A DNA stretch of 64,000 nucleotides, taken from Heptranchias perlo. Lineage: Eukaryota. Shown piece after piece: positions 34,998-48,536 of this stretch. The stretch is from positions 15,810,001 to 15,874,000 of the forward strand of contig NC_090341.1 of the NCBI RefSeq assembly GCF_035084215.1. The letters run 5' to 3'. The notes beneath the pieces are model-generated. The model saw nothing but the letters and a program-made list of their open reading frames with translations. It made no database searches and was not told the DNA's origin. The stretch's first letter is position 1. The number at the start of each line of letters is the position of its first letter. Both the position numbers and the translations under genes were made by a program.

Positions 34998-37728
34998 GTA
35001 ATTTAAAAGTTGTTTTATGTAATTTTAAAAAAATCTTCATAGTGGCATATGCACAAACGTCAACACAGAGCAGTAGGATGCAGGTTTGATATTTCTCTCT
35101 CTTTTTTTATTCCTCTCCCCTCGCCACCTACATGAGCTCCTGGTCTCGGCTACATCTCTGTTCAAAGACAGAGAGAGAGAAAGAAGGCCAGGACTGGCTA
35201 ATGATGATGAGGAGGAGAAATTAAAGGGTTAGTCAACAATGGGCTACCATCATGTGCCTTTTAGTGACCAAGTCAGGAATGCTATGAGGGGAGGCCTGGG
35301 AGCAGGTTGCCCACTTGCTCTCTTTGCCCACATCCTGACAAGAGCACAACAGGAGGGAAAACATTTTTTTTCCTTTTGATAGGTCAGCTGAGATTTAGTA
35401 CTTGTCCTAAAAGGAATCATAGGTGTCCATTAGTACCCCAATGGTCTGCATTACCAGGGTAACTCGAGCTACGCTGAAGCAAATTGGAAAAACCAAAAGA
35501 TTGGATACTTTGATTTTCAGATTTTAAGTTCTGGTGAAAAATCTTACACCCAATTCAAGGGATTCAACATTATTCAAGCAGGTTGAAAAAAACAAATAAT
35601 TTAGCTAAATAGCCGTGTATTAATTGCAATGATATCAGCACAGAAACTGATGCACAGCGCAATGAAATGATTATACCTATGGGGCAAGCTAGGAGGTCAG
35701 TCGGATCAGTTAACTGGCCACTTTAGATAAATGGCATCTGATCTGTGTCATTGTAATTTTTCAAGGATCTTTTATGTTGCCAAGTGATAAGAAATATGTA
35801 GCTTTAATGTTTTTTTCTGAGAGGCGATAACCATAAAAAGCAGGTTTCTTTTTTTCAAACTGTGGGCTCAACAGAAAGCTGTGTTGTGTCTGTCTACATT
35901 CTAGTATTTCTGGGAAGTTAGTCCCAGGCAAGGCAGAGACCTGCCATAACCAGAGTCTGACCTTTCAAGTACAATTCTGGAGGAATTCTGGCAGATAAAT
36001 ATTGGAATGGCCTTAGATTTTTGACCCCATCCCCATTGTATTAACAGATTATTTTAAAAAGATTTATCTCTGCAAATTCAGACTGTAGTTCAACACTAAA
36101 GTGTTTGATAATACCAGTGATGTTTTATTTCACTTGTTTGCACAGCTTTGTCTTGTTGCTATTTTTAGTTATTAAATATTGCTTACAGATCATATAAGGG
36201 ACGTTACAGAAACAACTATACCCTTTCAGGCACTCATTTGTACTTATTTTGGCACGGGTACATACTTCTCTACCATTAAAAATGATTTCCTCACTCCAGT
36301 TTTGATTGATTCAGTTTTCCCTCCAGTCCATGCACCATTTCTGGTTGAGATAGTTGTAGTGGGGAGGGGGGAATTTGCGCTCGAGTCTTCACCAGTATCC
36401 TTATTTTGGCCAGCTACCAGAGGCGAATGAGACAAGCCTGTGATGACTCTATCTGTCATTTTTCTTTTGCTTCACAGGCTGCTGTTTAGATTCTACTCGG
36501 CACCTCCTTGTTTAACATGGCTGGGATTGGAGGATCTTGTCAGGGTGGGGAAGGGGCAAGGGATAGCAAGCCACTTCTCCTTCTATTCTGCACTGCAAAT
36601 AAAGCAGTTGGTGTTTTGTTGAAATTTTGAACAGAACACTTGTTGATCTTTAGATAGTCCTCAATTCCTGAAATTCTCTGGCAGCCAGCAGAAACATGAA
36701 ACTAGAACACTTATCTACAGACACCAGACACAGTCAACAACTGGCAGCTTGGGCTATGCCAGGATATTTCAATGTTGAGTAAACTGAAGCTTATTTATTA
36801 TCTTTTTACCTTTTTGTAAATTATATTTAAAAACAAATCTGCAATTCTTTGTGGACCAGTAATTACCAGTATATTTACACATCAGGTTAAATATGTGACA
36901 TTGTTTTCCTACAGTACTTGCAAGGTCACACGCTGATATCCTGTATTGACACATAAAGTAAATTAGTAGAAGTGTACATTGCTATAATCTTTAGTGGTAG
37001 TCGAGCAAAAGTCTTTGGGTGAATTTAGAGGTCTCTTGTGAAGAGGGCCAGGTGTTTAAAGGGGAGGTCTTTTCATATAAGTTTCTTTTTTAAAAAAAAA
37101 GGGATTTCAGATTGTCTGGTATTTCCACAGTTCAAGGTGGAAACAGGTCATTGTCTGTTCAGATTGGCATGTATCCCACCTGGTTGACAAAATATCAGCT
37201 AGTTAATGGAGTAGATGGTGGAATTTTCAACAAAAACAGTTGATTCTTGAGGGTTTCATGCAAACTACATTAGTCTGTTTAGAAGCGGTTTCTGTATCAA
37301 TTCAGTACCTTTAGTTGCAATTATTTCAAATGAAGAGCGAGGATAACTTAAGTCCACATTGATCCACGTGTGGCAGTCACAAGCTGTTGTCAAGAAGATC
37401 AATTTCACATGTGACAACCTAGCTGTTCAAGCATGCTTTACTGACTATGGCAAACACTGCTGTAACTATTCTAGAATATAAAATAAAAACATAACTAAAG
37501 TAAATACTTAGTAACTTCCTTTGTTACTAATATGGTCTGCCATTCTGTTTAGTCTAGAGTTTCTTTTATAAGAACTATTGAGAAACATGTTTCCTAAGTG
37601 TATGTTACTGAATTGCTAAACTGAGGTCATTAACTTCTTGTTGGTACTGTCGATATGTTTAAAATTGTCATTTGTCAGTAAGTGAATATGCAAAATGCTA
37701 TGATATGTATGTAATGTGGACACATTAT

Positions 37729-38038
37729 GGGCAATGTTAACTACTAACAGTGAATGGGCTGGCAGCGACTGCCCATCCATACTTGCCGGCTGGAGGCCCG
37801 AGACATTAGAGGCCCGACCCTCGTTTCCATTCCACCAGCAAGCTGTGGGCACTCCGCTGCTGCTTTGGGAGGGCAGGGAATCGTCCGGCTGTCACGCTGA
37901 GCTGGCCGACAGTTGGACCCGGGAAGGGGGAAGGGGGAATGGGGAAGGGAACGGGAAAGGGGCTGTTAAATGCAGCACTCCGACCTTTAGGCCTCTACCA
38001 CCCTGTTCCTACCCACCTAATTGAGTTAAAATTGGCCC
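37729..38038. mobile_element. TIR MITE
   Basis: GGGCAATGTTAACT ... AGTTAAAATTGGCCC. Confidence 0.55.
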
Positions 38039-38150
38039 TACTTTCTCAATGCAGAAGACTCCGATATACGGTATGTTAACAGGAGAATTGTGACATTTTT
38101 GTTTATGCAGGTCTTTGTATTTATTTGCATTTTGTGTTTTTATAATTTAG

Positions 38151-38279
38151 GGTCCTTCCATGAAACAGTTCATGGATATTTTCTCTCTTCCTGAAATGAC
38201 TCTTCTTTCGTGTGTGAATGACTATTTTATTACCCACAACATTGAATATGATCCTGTTCATCTCTTCAGAGATGTGAGC
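38151..38279 (+). CDS. NT5DC2: NT5DC2 exon 6
   Basis: tttag acceptor; [43 protein letters not shown]; donor GTGAGT. Confidence 0.95.
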
Positions 38280-38975
38280 GTGAGTACACAATTTACTCCT
38301 GATTAATCTGCATTCTCAGACCATGGGACGAGAATTGGGACTTGCTGCAATATTAGCAGTTTGACGTAATAGGGCAGCCAATACTTCCCAGATATTTGTA
38401 GCTGCTAACACTGGAAAGGAATGGGTTGATTATGCAATTTGTTCTTTGTTTCTGAACAGCGTTTGAAAAGGACTGAGCTTTTCACCCACTTCATTGTTGT
38501 TAAGTGACATTAATAAACTGTATATACACACAACCCTTCCACATTATTAAAGTCACTTAAACGATCAGATTTAACTTTTTAATCACATTAACAAGAATTA
38601 CAGTAAAAGAAAGGCAACAAGTTTATTAAATGTAACATTTTATCTATTAACCGTGGAAAGCTTCACTTATAGGCCAATAGTCAGAAATGAAAACGACACA
38701 AAATCTAAATAGAAAACCTGTGTGTATTGGTTCCTGTTTAACACTGCAGCAACAGACCAATGTTGTCATGTTTGCAGCTGTCGTTCTATTTTAATTAGAT
38801 ATCGTGGATTGTATGTCAGGAATAGTTCAACAGGGTTTCAGTATGGAACAGTTTCCTTCACTAAATATGGGACCTATCTAGTATGAATGGTAAAATCTGG
38901 ATGGATGCAGAGTTCAATTACTTAGCAGTCAGTGGCTGCAAGACCTACCATGCTGTAATGCTCTATGTATATTAT

Positions 38976-39650
38976 GGGCACAATCTTAATATGCCAGCAG
39001 GAAGAGACTGGGTGGGGGGGTGGGGAGTGATTTGCGGGCGCCAAACCCGGAAGGGAAGTAGGCATTGATTGACAGGCTGCACATCCGAGGGGGGGGGTGT
39101 GAAAGAGAGAGAGAGAGAGAGAGAGACCTCATCGGCAGTTAAGATAGAAATGGGGGAGGGGAAACAAAGATTAGAGTGGGGACATCGGGATCAGAGGGGA
39201 GACATCGGGATCAGAGTGGTTGTGGGGGGGGTGGTCCAGGCAACATTGTTTTTTAAGGTCTGCTTATTTAATTTGTTTGCAATGGGAAATGTGATTTTAT
39301 TTAATTTATTTAGTTTATTTTTCACTGATCCGGTCTTTCCTGCCTGGTTTCACCAGGCGTGAATCAGACGCCCTTGGAAAGCCGCCCAGGTAACGTTAAA
39401 ATCTTTTTAACTATCCAATACACAAAAAATAATCTACCTTAAATACCTCAATGAGGTACATTTGCTCCTTTAATTATCAGCCCGCCGGATTTAAGTGGGG
39501 GCGGGACTTCCTGGTGACTGATAAGATTTGCCTGAGTCTCATTCAAAAATGTGCGGGTTCCAGCCGGGATGTCTGGCCGCTCCCAAAACCAGCGATTTTG
39601 ATTGCCCCCGCCCTCAACCCACCCTGTTTCTCCCTTTTAAAATCGTGCCC
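38976..39650. mobile_element. Non-autonomous TIR element (Harbinger-like)
   Basis: GGGCACAATCTTAA ... TTAAAATCGTGCCC with TAT on both flanks. Confidence 0.65.
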
Positions 39651-40807
39651 TATGTGTTTTATCTCAAATCCTTAAGACTTATGTCAAACTGCCCTCTTGT
39701 CAAACCCTGTTGATTTGTTTGAAGTTGAGATTAGATCGTTTACACACAAAGTCCTCTGGTAAGTGTTCCAAATCACGCAAAGAGACCATTATGCACTCCT
39801 TAAAGGGACAGCTGGAGGCCACTCATGAAACTGCTCTGGAGATAGCTAATTTTTTTTCTGGTGGGCCCAGTTGGAGCCCACAAAAAAAAATCGGAGCCAC
39901 TACCAGGAGGGGCATTGGCTTAGATGTAAGTCCTGATTTTGTGAAGCCCTGTGCCACCAGTGGGGTCTTGTAATCTGTAGTCGTCAGTCACAAAATTGGG
40001 CCCGGCCTTACAAACCCGATTTTGCGACCTGTAATTGGGAGTGAAAAAAATGGGGCTGTGCTAGTCGCATGAGTGGCCTCACTAAAATATGTAAATAGGT
40101 GTTTAAATGGGCCAGGTCAGACTTTACAACTTGGGAGAAGGCTCTACTTACAGCTCGTCCCTCCATTAAAACTGAAGGCATCAGGGTGCTTGTGGACTCA
40201 CTTGCTGCAGAAGTGAACTTAATGAGAAAAGGTCGTTGTCATTTATTTTTGTTTATGCATTTTTATGTACACTTGGCCGTGTTTTGCTCCATCCATTAGT
40301 TGGTTTTATTTAATTCCTTTTCCTTCTTCCATTGCGTTCTAGATAGGCTGATGGTTCCATGTCTTGCCTTTGGCTGTCGCTGCGCAATGTAATTTTGTCT
40401 CATTTCAGAAAGAAAGATTTTATATAAATGTGTTATTTAAAAGCTAAAATTTAGTGAAAAGTCACAAAAGTATCTCTGCAGAGCACAAGTTGGCCTCATC
40501 CAAAATGCACTGCAGGAAGGAGAAGCAGAGGCCTTTCCTGTGGTAGTGAAAATTGGATGTCTGAATCTCATTCTTCCGTAATGCAGTATTGTAGGTTTCA
40601 GAATACTTGCGGCAGCACTGTGTTTGTGACTAAGCTATTAATATATCCCGTTTTTAAAAAAAACACAGGTTTCCCTTTTAAACTTTGAATTTGTTTTTAG
40701 TTATCGTGAGCTCCAGAGGAAAATATTGTTAAAATTTGGCAAATGTGCAATCCTGCCCTGCCACCATCACAGTAGCGGAGCTGGATTACCAAATTATTAT
40801 AAACTTG

Positions 40808-41305
40808 TGCTGCCCGTATCCTAACTCCAAAACTCTGCTGCCCGTATCCTAACTCGCACCAAATTCCGTTCACCCATCACCCCGCTGACCTACATTGGCT
40901 CCCAGTCCACCAATGCCTTGATTTTAAAATGCTCATCCTTGTGTTCAAATCCTTCCATGCCCTCACTCCTCCCTATCTCTGTAACCTCCTCCAGCCCTAC
41001 AACTGTCTGATAACACTGCGTTCCTCCAACTCTGATCTCTTGTGCATCCCCCCCACTTCACCCCGCCATTGGCGGCCGTGCCTTCAGTCATCTAGGCCCT
41101 AAGCTCTGGAATTCCCTCTCCAAGCCTCTTTGCCTCTCCTACTTTTAGACTGCATAAAACCTACCTCTTTGACCAAGCATTTGGTCATCTATCCTAATAT
41201 CTCCTTTGGCTCGGTGTCCATTTTTGTCTGATAATGCTCATGTGAAGCGCCTTGGGACATTTTACTACGTTATAGACGCTTTATAAATGGAAGTAGTTGT
41301 TGTTT
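40808..41305 (+). mobile_element. L2 3'-end fragment
   Basis: Reverse-complement similar to 1490-1985; short internal duplication ctgcccgtatcctaactc. Confidence 0.8.
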
Positions 41306-42669
41306 AAAAGGATTTTTTTTAAATGATGTTTGACAATAGTTTATTCACAAACACAGCTGTCTTAAGTGTTCCCTTTATGTCACTCAGTTACATGCCTGAC
41401 CCCGTCAGAATTCCCAGGGTCAGGCAAGTAATACACAGTGGGTGGGCACTGACACCAGTATCAGCGCAGCTTGGACATCCACTACGGGTGGTCCAGAAAC
41501 TGTGTTGTGGGTCCCCTTTCCCCTTCTTCAAAGAACGGTATGCCTGCTTGTTGTACAAAGTATAGATGTGCTTCCACTACAAAAAGGGACAAGAGTTTAT
41601 TGCACAAGTTAAGCTACCAAATGAGCATTTTAATAGCCTGCAGATATCAATTTATTCATATAAGCAGGCACTGTGGTCTAAAAGCTTATCTTTCTGTATA
41701 TAGTCAGTCGGCAACATTATGTTTGCGGCACAATCTCAGCTGGCGATAAGACTGCAGCAACTTCTCCGCTCAGGCCTGAGTTAAAATGTTGTCTGAGTCC
41801 GATTGACCTCATCAGACCCCGATTAGCATATTTAAAGAAGGATCCCGTCGACTTCAGGTGGCTGCTTTTATTGCCTGCTCAGAAGAGCAGGTTAAAATAG
41901 GACACAGTGGGATCCAGGCACTTTTCCAGTGGGTAAGTAATCCGGGGCATTTTAACTGCCTGCCTGCATGGTTTCTGCCAGGCGGGTAGGGTTAACATTC
42001 CGCCCCAGGTTTACACTGATTATTAAGGTTACTCCTCATCTGATTACTCCTCATCTCAAGCGTGTGTGTTAGCTGGATTTGTTAATGTAATGGGAATAAT
42101 TGCTGGACAACCAAAGCACATCAGCTATGGCCATGTAAACATACCAACTATGTGTACTTTTTATGTCTGTGGAATGTTTCTGATTTAGACTGCATCCTAT
42201 AAAGATGGATGCTTGCTATTTTTTCATTTACATGAAAGACCAAATGAATCTAAGGGCATGTGCAATGTTTGAAACTCATAGCTATTACCTATAGATGCTA
42301 TATCAGAATATTGAAACCAATTCTAAATCATATATTTGCATGATTTTGGAAAATTCATATAGCATTTTATAGATGGCATCAAAACTACAGTTATAGGCCA
42401 GTGATTTGACTATGTTTTAATTCTTAGGGTTTTGAATTTTCCATGAGGAATTACCCCCACCTTTTTAAAAATTATATATTTGTCTGCTAGTAGCTGTAAC
42501 AGATCTGGTTGTCCAGGCAAACATTTTGGTTGTCTCAAGATACTTTTCCATTAAGGAAGTACTTACTCACATCATAATGCTGTGGTACACTTAAGGATGG
42601 GTGGATAATAACAATGGAAGTAGTTCAGCCCTACAAAATGGTCTGTCAAGAGTTTTAAATTTTTAAAAA

Positions 42670-43320
42670 TTTGTCCATGGGATGCGGGCGTCGCTGGCAA
42701 GGCCAGCATTTATTGCCCATCCCTAATTGCCCTTGAGAAGATGGTGGTGAGCTGCCTTCTTGAACTGCTGCAGTGTGTGTGGTGAAGGATCTCCCACAGT
42801 GCTGTTAGGAAGGGAGTTCCAGGATTTTGACCCAGCGATGATGAAGGAACGGCGATATATTTCCAAGTCGGGATGGTGTGTGACTTGGAGGGCAACGTGC
42901 AGGTGGTGTTGTTCCCATATGCCTGCTGCCCTTGCTCTTCTAGGTGGTAGAGGTCACGGGTTTGGGAAGTACTGTTGAAGAAGCCTTGGCGAGTTACAGC
43001 ATTGCATCCTGTGGGTGGTACACACTGCAGCCACAGTGCGATGGTGGTGAAGGGAATGAATGTTTAGGGAGGTGGATGGGGTGCCAATCAAGCAGGCTGC
43101 TTTGTCCTGGATGGTGTCGAGCTTCTTGAATGTTGTTGGAGCTGCACTCATCCAGGCAAGTGGAGAGTATTCCATCACAATCCTGAGTTGTGCTTTGTAG
43201 ATGGTGGAAAGGCTTTGGGGAGTCAGGAGGTGAGTCACTCACCACAGAATACCCAGCCTCTGACCTGCTCTTGTAGCCACAGTATTTATGTGGTTGGTCC
43301 AGTTAAGTTTCTGGTCAATT
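42670..43320 (-). mobile_element. 3' part of another non-LTR LINE family (second copy at 51690-51903, +)
   Basis: ORF 42954-43238 STIYKAQLRIVMEYSPLAW (RT C-terminus); 3'UTR shared between the two copies. Confidence 0.75.
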
Positions 43321-44648
43321 GATAGTAGATTGATCAGAGCCATTTCATATCTAATCAGGGACTGTTAGAAACACAAAAATAACAAGGCTGAAAGGATAGC
43401 CTCTGGTTGCTGTCATTTATCTTCAGGTTACTGAAACTAATGGCTCCTTTTTTCTCTCTCTGCCCGTAAAGAAATGTCATTGATAACAAACACAATGCAA
43501 TTGAAAAGCTCAGATTGAATCTTAAAGCTGCAGTGTTTCACAATCATTATTCATCTCCCAGGAGCTAAGGAGCCACATTAAACCCCAAGGGCTACAATAT
43601 ATAGAAGTTGTTGCAGCACTTGCAGGAAGATGTGGTTTATTTACTTACACCATTAATTGCTACACTTTTCCTCCAGGTTCTGGCTCTGTGATTGTCAGGA
43701 ATTTTGGGTCAAAAAGCAGAGGTCAAAGTTATGAGTACATAAATGGTACCTTCCTAAAACTGACTACAACCATAGAAAGTTAAAACCTGTTTATAATGGT
43801 GTTGGAGAGAATTTTAAAATCTAGATTGACTTCTTCAATTTTCTATATAGTAAGTTTAAATCGCTTTGATTTGGCTGCACAGTAAACAGAATTCAGTTTG
43901 AAGCAGGATTTGGCACAATACTGTGCCTATGGATAAAAGGTGGAAAGAAAGCTAGGGCCATTAAATTAGATTGGGGGGATAATTATGAACAACGTGTACT
44001 CTAAAATTCTTGTCTCTGTTATTTTAGTGGAGGTGTCAGCACATTTATTTTTAATGGATCAATGCATCTGCTAAAATAACGGAACTAGGACAAATGTTAA
44101 TTAATCATGTGTTAGTATCTCATAGCATCATTTTGGTCCAAGTTAAGAACTGCCCAGATTTAGTTCGAGGAGCAGAGATCAGGGAGGCAATTTATGGTCA
44201 GTATTTTAAAGTTTAGAGAAGTGAACAAATGAAGAGCAGAAACATACTGTATTGGGACAAAGGTTTTCTAAAAAAATGATTCTGGTCTCTAAAGTGATGT
44301 ATTAATATTTTCAAGTTAGGATTAGCTAGCATTTGAATAGGGGCATGAAGTGAGTACTTGAGAGTATCATACTTTCAGGTCTGCAATTTGTTAACATTGG
44401 TTAATAAAAGATTTGGTTGTCCAGGCAAGCATTTTGGTTGTCTCGGACAATTGTCTGTGCTGTATAACAAAATCACGCAGATAACATCTTCGCTGTAGTA
44501 AGTTGGAACTGGTCTGGGAGATAATTGAGAACTTGGAATGATGACTACTGTAGATTATTTATAGTGTAGGTCAGCAAACACAGCAGAAACTTGTCCTCTC
44601 CACTCAAATTTCAGTTTCTGAATTAAACTGAAAGGAGTACAGTACAAT

Positions 44649-45399
44649 GGGGTCAATTTGAACTTCCTCCCGGTTGACGGTAACCAGTTAAAATTGAGCG
44701 AGGGACTTACCCACTCCTTGCAGGCACCTGTTCCAAGCAGGGCTATGGGGAAAGAGCAGGGGAGTGAGATAGCTCTTTCAAAGAGCCAGCACAGGCAAGA
44801 TGGGTCCGAATGTGCTGTACCATTCTATGATAAACCAGTGAGGTCCTCTTTAAATATGCAGATCAGCTTCCGGTGACATCATTGAGGCCCGATCTACCAT
44901 TTTAAACTGAGGCCTGAGCGATCGAGCAATGGCGGCTTCCCCGCCAGGCAAAACCTGCCGGGGACAGCAACCAGGGCCAGAAGAGGCCTAGTAGGTGGGT
45001 TTTAATTTTTTTTTACAGGTTTCCTTGTGGACCAGGAAGAGCCAGAGTGCTCCTCCAGGTCCATAAGAAATCCTCGGGGTGGGGGGAGCCCTTCCCTGGG
45101 CTTCCTCCGCCCCCCCCCCCCCCCCGCCACCCCTCTCCCAACCAGGATTCCCCTCCCAGAGCACTTACCTTGTGCCGGGGACCATTCTTCTGGGTCCCCA
45201 GCGGCGACCTCCTGCCACCTAATTTTAACAGCCAGGCAGCCACTTCCTACCCACTTCACTGCCATTTTGGTCGGGAAATCGGCAAGAGGCATGTTAATGA
45301 GGCCTGGCCATTACAATCGGCCGGGCCTCTCTTTTACCCCTCCCAGCGGGATGGCTACTTGCTTTACCGTGTTCCTGCCTGGGAGTTAAAATCGACCCC
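44649..45399. mobile_element. Non-autonomous TIR element (Harbinger-like)
   Basis: GGGGTCAATTTGAACTTCC ... GGGAGTTAAAATCGACCCC. Confidence 0.65.
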
Positions 45400-46189
45400 A
45401 ACGTGTTTGTTGCTATTAGTGGACAGCCAGAATGAGCTTTGATTTGCATCTATTGTCCTTCCAAAGGAATTATTTTATTGTTGTAACGTGATTCCAAGTG
45501 GATATAGTGTTGAAGGTGGTTTGTCCCACTGGGCTTTCAGCACTGTATCTCTTCTTGATTGTAAGCGCAATAGTTGGTCAATGTGACTATTACCATCGTG
45601 TGACTGCGCTGGCAGGTATACATAACAATGTCTGCTTAAAGCTGCTTTTATGTTGGTTTTGTGCTACGTTAATGTCACCAGCTTCTGGGGCTTGCGTTTT
45701 GCACAGATGGGGGCAACCCCATGATTAAATTGCTGGAGTCGTTGAGGGCAGCTCTTGAGAAGGCCCGATGAAGAACAGGTCACCCCTATGGTTGGCCTTG
45801 GCTTTACTTTGGAGATGCTGCAGGCTGCACTTGACTTGAGTATTGGGAAGTGGTGGCATTAATGTGGCACAAAACTAATGTAAATGAAGTGTAAGTTCTT
45901 AAGGATGAGAGCCATCCAGAAAGTATATCACCCATCAATAGGGTGGAGGTTAGCCAAAGGCCTGCTCGTTCCTCTCTTTCTGTTTGTAGTGGCTGCTTTT
46001 TATTTTTTTTAAAGAAAGAATGATATTTCAGCCAAAAGTAGAAAAATACAAAGCAAGGTAACCACTTAATTACCCATGGGGACGCTGGCTGAAATGGGAG
46101 GATGGTTTGAAAGACCTATTTCCTCAGATTTTCTTCTGAATTCCTGAGAAGTGCCTCTTTCTCCTTGTAAAATGGTTATTTAATATGAA

Positions 46190-46530
46190 CATGGCTCAGT
46201 GGTCACACACTGGCTTCTGAGTCAGAAGATTGTGGATTGAAGTCCCACTCCAGGACTTGAGCACAAAGAACAGCTGCTATTTCACTGTAGTGCTAAGGGA
46301 GAACTGAGGCTCCATCTGCCTGCTCAGGTGAATATAAAAGATCCCATGGCACTATTTGCAGAACAGGGAGTACTCCCAGTGTCCTGGACAGCATACGTCC
46401 CTAAACCTGTGTGCAAACTGGCTGCTGTGGTTGCCTACAAAACAACAGTGACTAAACTTCAAATGTAATTAATTGGTTATTTGAGATGTCCTGAGGACTT
46501 AAATAGCACTATATCAATGCAAGTCTGTTT
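46190..46530 (+). mobile_element. DeuSINE copy
   Basis: tggctcagtgg head, aaaagatcccatggcacta body, atgcaagtct tail. Confidence 0.75.
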
Positions 46531-46872
46531 GTGCGTTCTCATTCCTGGAATTGTCAGTCTGTGGCGGTGATGTAGTTGGTAGTGGAAGAGGTGTGAGGGT
46601 AAGGCAGAGGAGAAAGGGCTGGCAAGGGATCTACACAGGGATCTGCAATCCCAGATTCCCGCTTGTGTTTTTTCAGAGTATGGACTTAAACGGAGTCATC
46701 TCCTGCCAATTTGTTTCTTGGTGCGCTCAAGCCTCCATTTAACAGATTGAGAAAAGATTGGCGCTGTAGCCGGACCCTAGATGTGTAGTACTTGCCCGCG
46801 TACAAATGTGAGAAAAGGATGGCCCACTTTGAACAGCTGCTGGATTGGCTTATGTCACTGTGCTGGAAGGAG

Positions 46873-47233
46873 GATGTGGAGATGCCGGTGATGGACTGGG
46901 GTTGACAATTGTAAACAATTTTACAACACCAAGTTATAGTCCAGCAATTTTATTTTAAATTCACAAGCTTTCGGAGATTTCCTCCTTCCTCAGGCAAATG
47001 TTTCAAGAGCTCCTTGAAGCCTACGCATTTATACATATAGAACAATACATGGTGTTTACAGACTGCCCCTGCAACTGCCCGTTGCCAAGGCAATCACCGT
47101 GTTCAGACAGAGAGGTGTCACCTGCAGAACCCCCGAATACACATTCAACAAAAAAACAAACAGGGAAAAAAAACAGAGAAAAAAAACAGAGAGAGGCAGA
47201 AACATCCGGAAGGCAGAGAGAGCCAGCAAATGA
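46873..47233 (-). mobile_element. 5'-truncated PLE 3'UTR with full tail and hammerhead (46960-46998, -)
   Basis: Near-identical to 12880-13213 plus the GATGTGGAGATGCC... tail; short AGGAG flanking repeat. Confidence 0.92.
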
Positions 47234-47499
47234 GGAGATTGAGCTAGCGCAACTGGAGGTGCAGTACTCCGGAAGGACATTTGTAGATGTGATTGTCACC
47301 ATTTAGAACATTTTTTTGTGGGTGTACTTCTGGGGGAGGGGTCTCCTAAAAGCATATAATTGTTAGTTTGGTGGGGGGCTAATGGGGGAATCAAGAATTC
47401 AGGATTTTTGATATAAATATTTTATCGAGAACCTATGAAATGAAAGAATAAAATCTTCTTAAACGTTGAAATCCTTATTGGTTTCTTCTGTCTTTTCAG

Positions 47500-47560
47500 G
47501 ATGCCATAAGTACCGTCCATATCAAAGGAATGATGTACGATTGGATTGAAAAGGACATGG
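47500..47560 (+). CDS. NT5DC2: NT5DC2 exon 7
   Basis: ttcag acceptor; DAISTVHIKGMMYDWIEKDM; donor GTAAGT. Confidence 0.95.
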
Positions 47561-47822
47561 GTAAGTGAGCAGTATTTAACACTGTTGTCTCCCAAAGTGG
47601 GTTAGACCTGTTAGAAACTGTATATAATCCTGTAAATGCTTAACAAAATAATTCAAAACCTTATTTATTGAACATCTGGGATGCTAGATGCTCAAATATC
47701 GGATTTAAGTAGGCGATTCCCATCAGGTAATCATTAAGACAGCACTGATCTGGAGAATGAATTCTCTGTAACAGTCCTACTCGCTGCTTCATACTCTTAT
47801 TTCAATGATAAGCTAACTCAAT

Positions 47823-48536
47823 GGGCCAGATTTTGCTGTAAAAATAATGGTGAGACTAACAGCGCTTACCATTATTAATGTGCAAATTGAACATTAACTT
47901 CCGGTGACCTGATGTGCGCAATTAAACGCGGAAATTGGGAATTTGCTGCTCGAGATGCCCTGCTCCTCCAAAAGCTGACTCACCGTTCAAATGTACTTAT
48001 CTGGACTAAACTCACCAAAAAACATTAGGGCTTGTCCATTCCAGTGTAAGTACCCTTTTAACGGCATGGTAAGTCTTAATTACTGCCAAACAATTTCTCT
48101 GGCACTGAAAATTAATTTTTTACAAGTGTGTAGTCTCATTCCTTCAGATTTTAATTATTATTGAACATTTTAAAAACAAATTTATAAACTTTTTAAAACT
48201 TTTTTTCTTTCTGTCTCTTTAATCGCTTTCTCTTAATCCCAATCTTTCTTTCCCTCTCTTTATTTCGCTATGACATAGAATTCGCTATTCAACTTACACT
48301 TCCTGTTTCTGACTTTGCGCTGTTATTAACAATGCTTCAGTCTGATTAGTCAAGGAGATACACAGTTACTTGCCCTGTTCACAGAGATCCTAGATGCCCT
48401 GCAGATGGTGCCCCGTTGTTTGGCTGTCCCGTTGACAGTAATGTGCTGTGCAAAAGCTCATAGAAAGTCTATGGGCAAGTGCAAGTCTAATGAATAGCTG
48501 GCGCTGTTCATTCGCTGCTCACAGCAAAATCTTTGT
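47823..48536. mobile_element. TIR element
   Basis: GGGCCAGATTTTGCTGT ... ACAGCAAAATCT. Confidence 0.55.

Noticed and set aside
38101-38150. Alternative upstream acceptor (TGCAG 38106-38110) for exon 6
   Set aside because: Adds 40 nt, out of frame with an in-frame stop; the 38151 acceptor matches the conserved protein.
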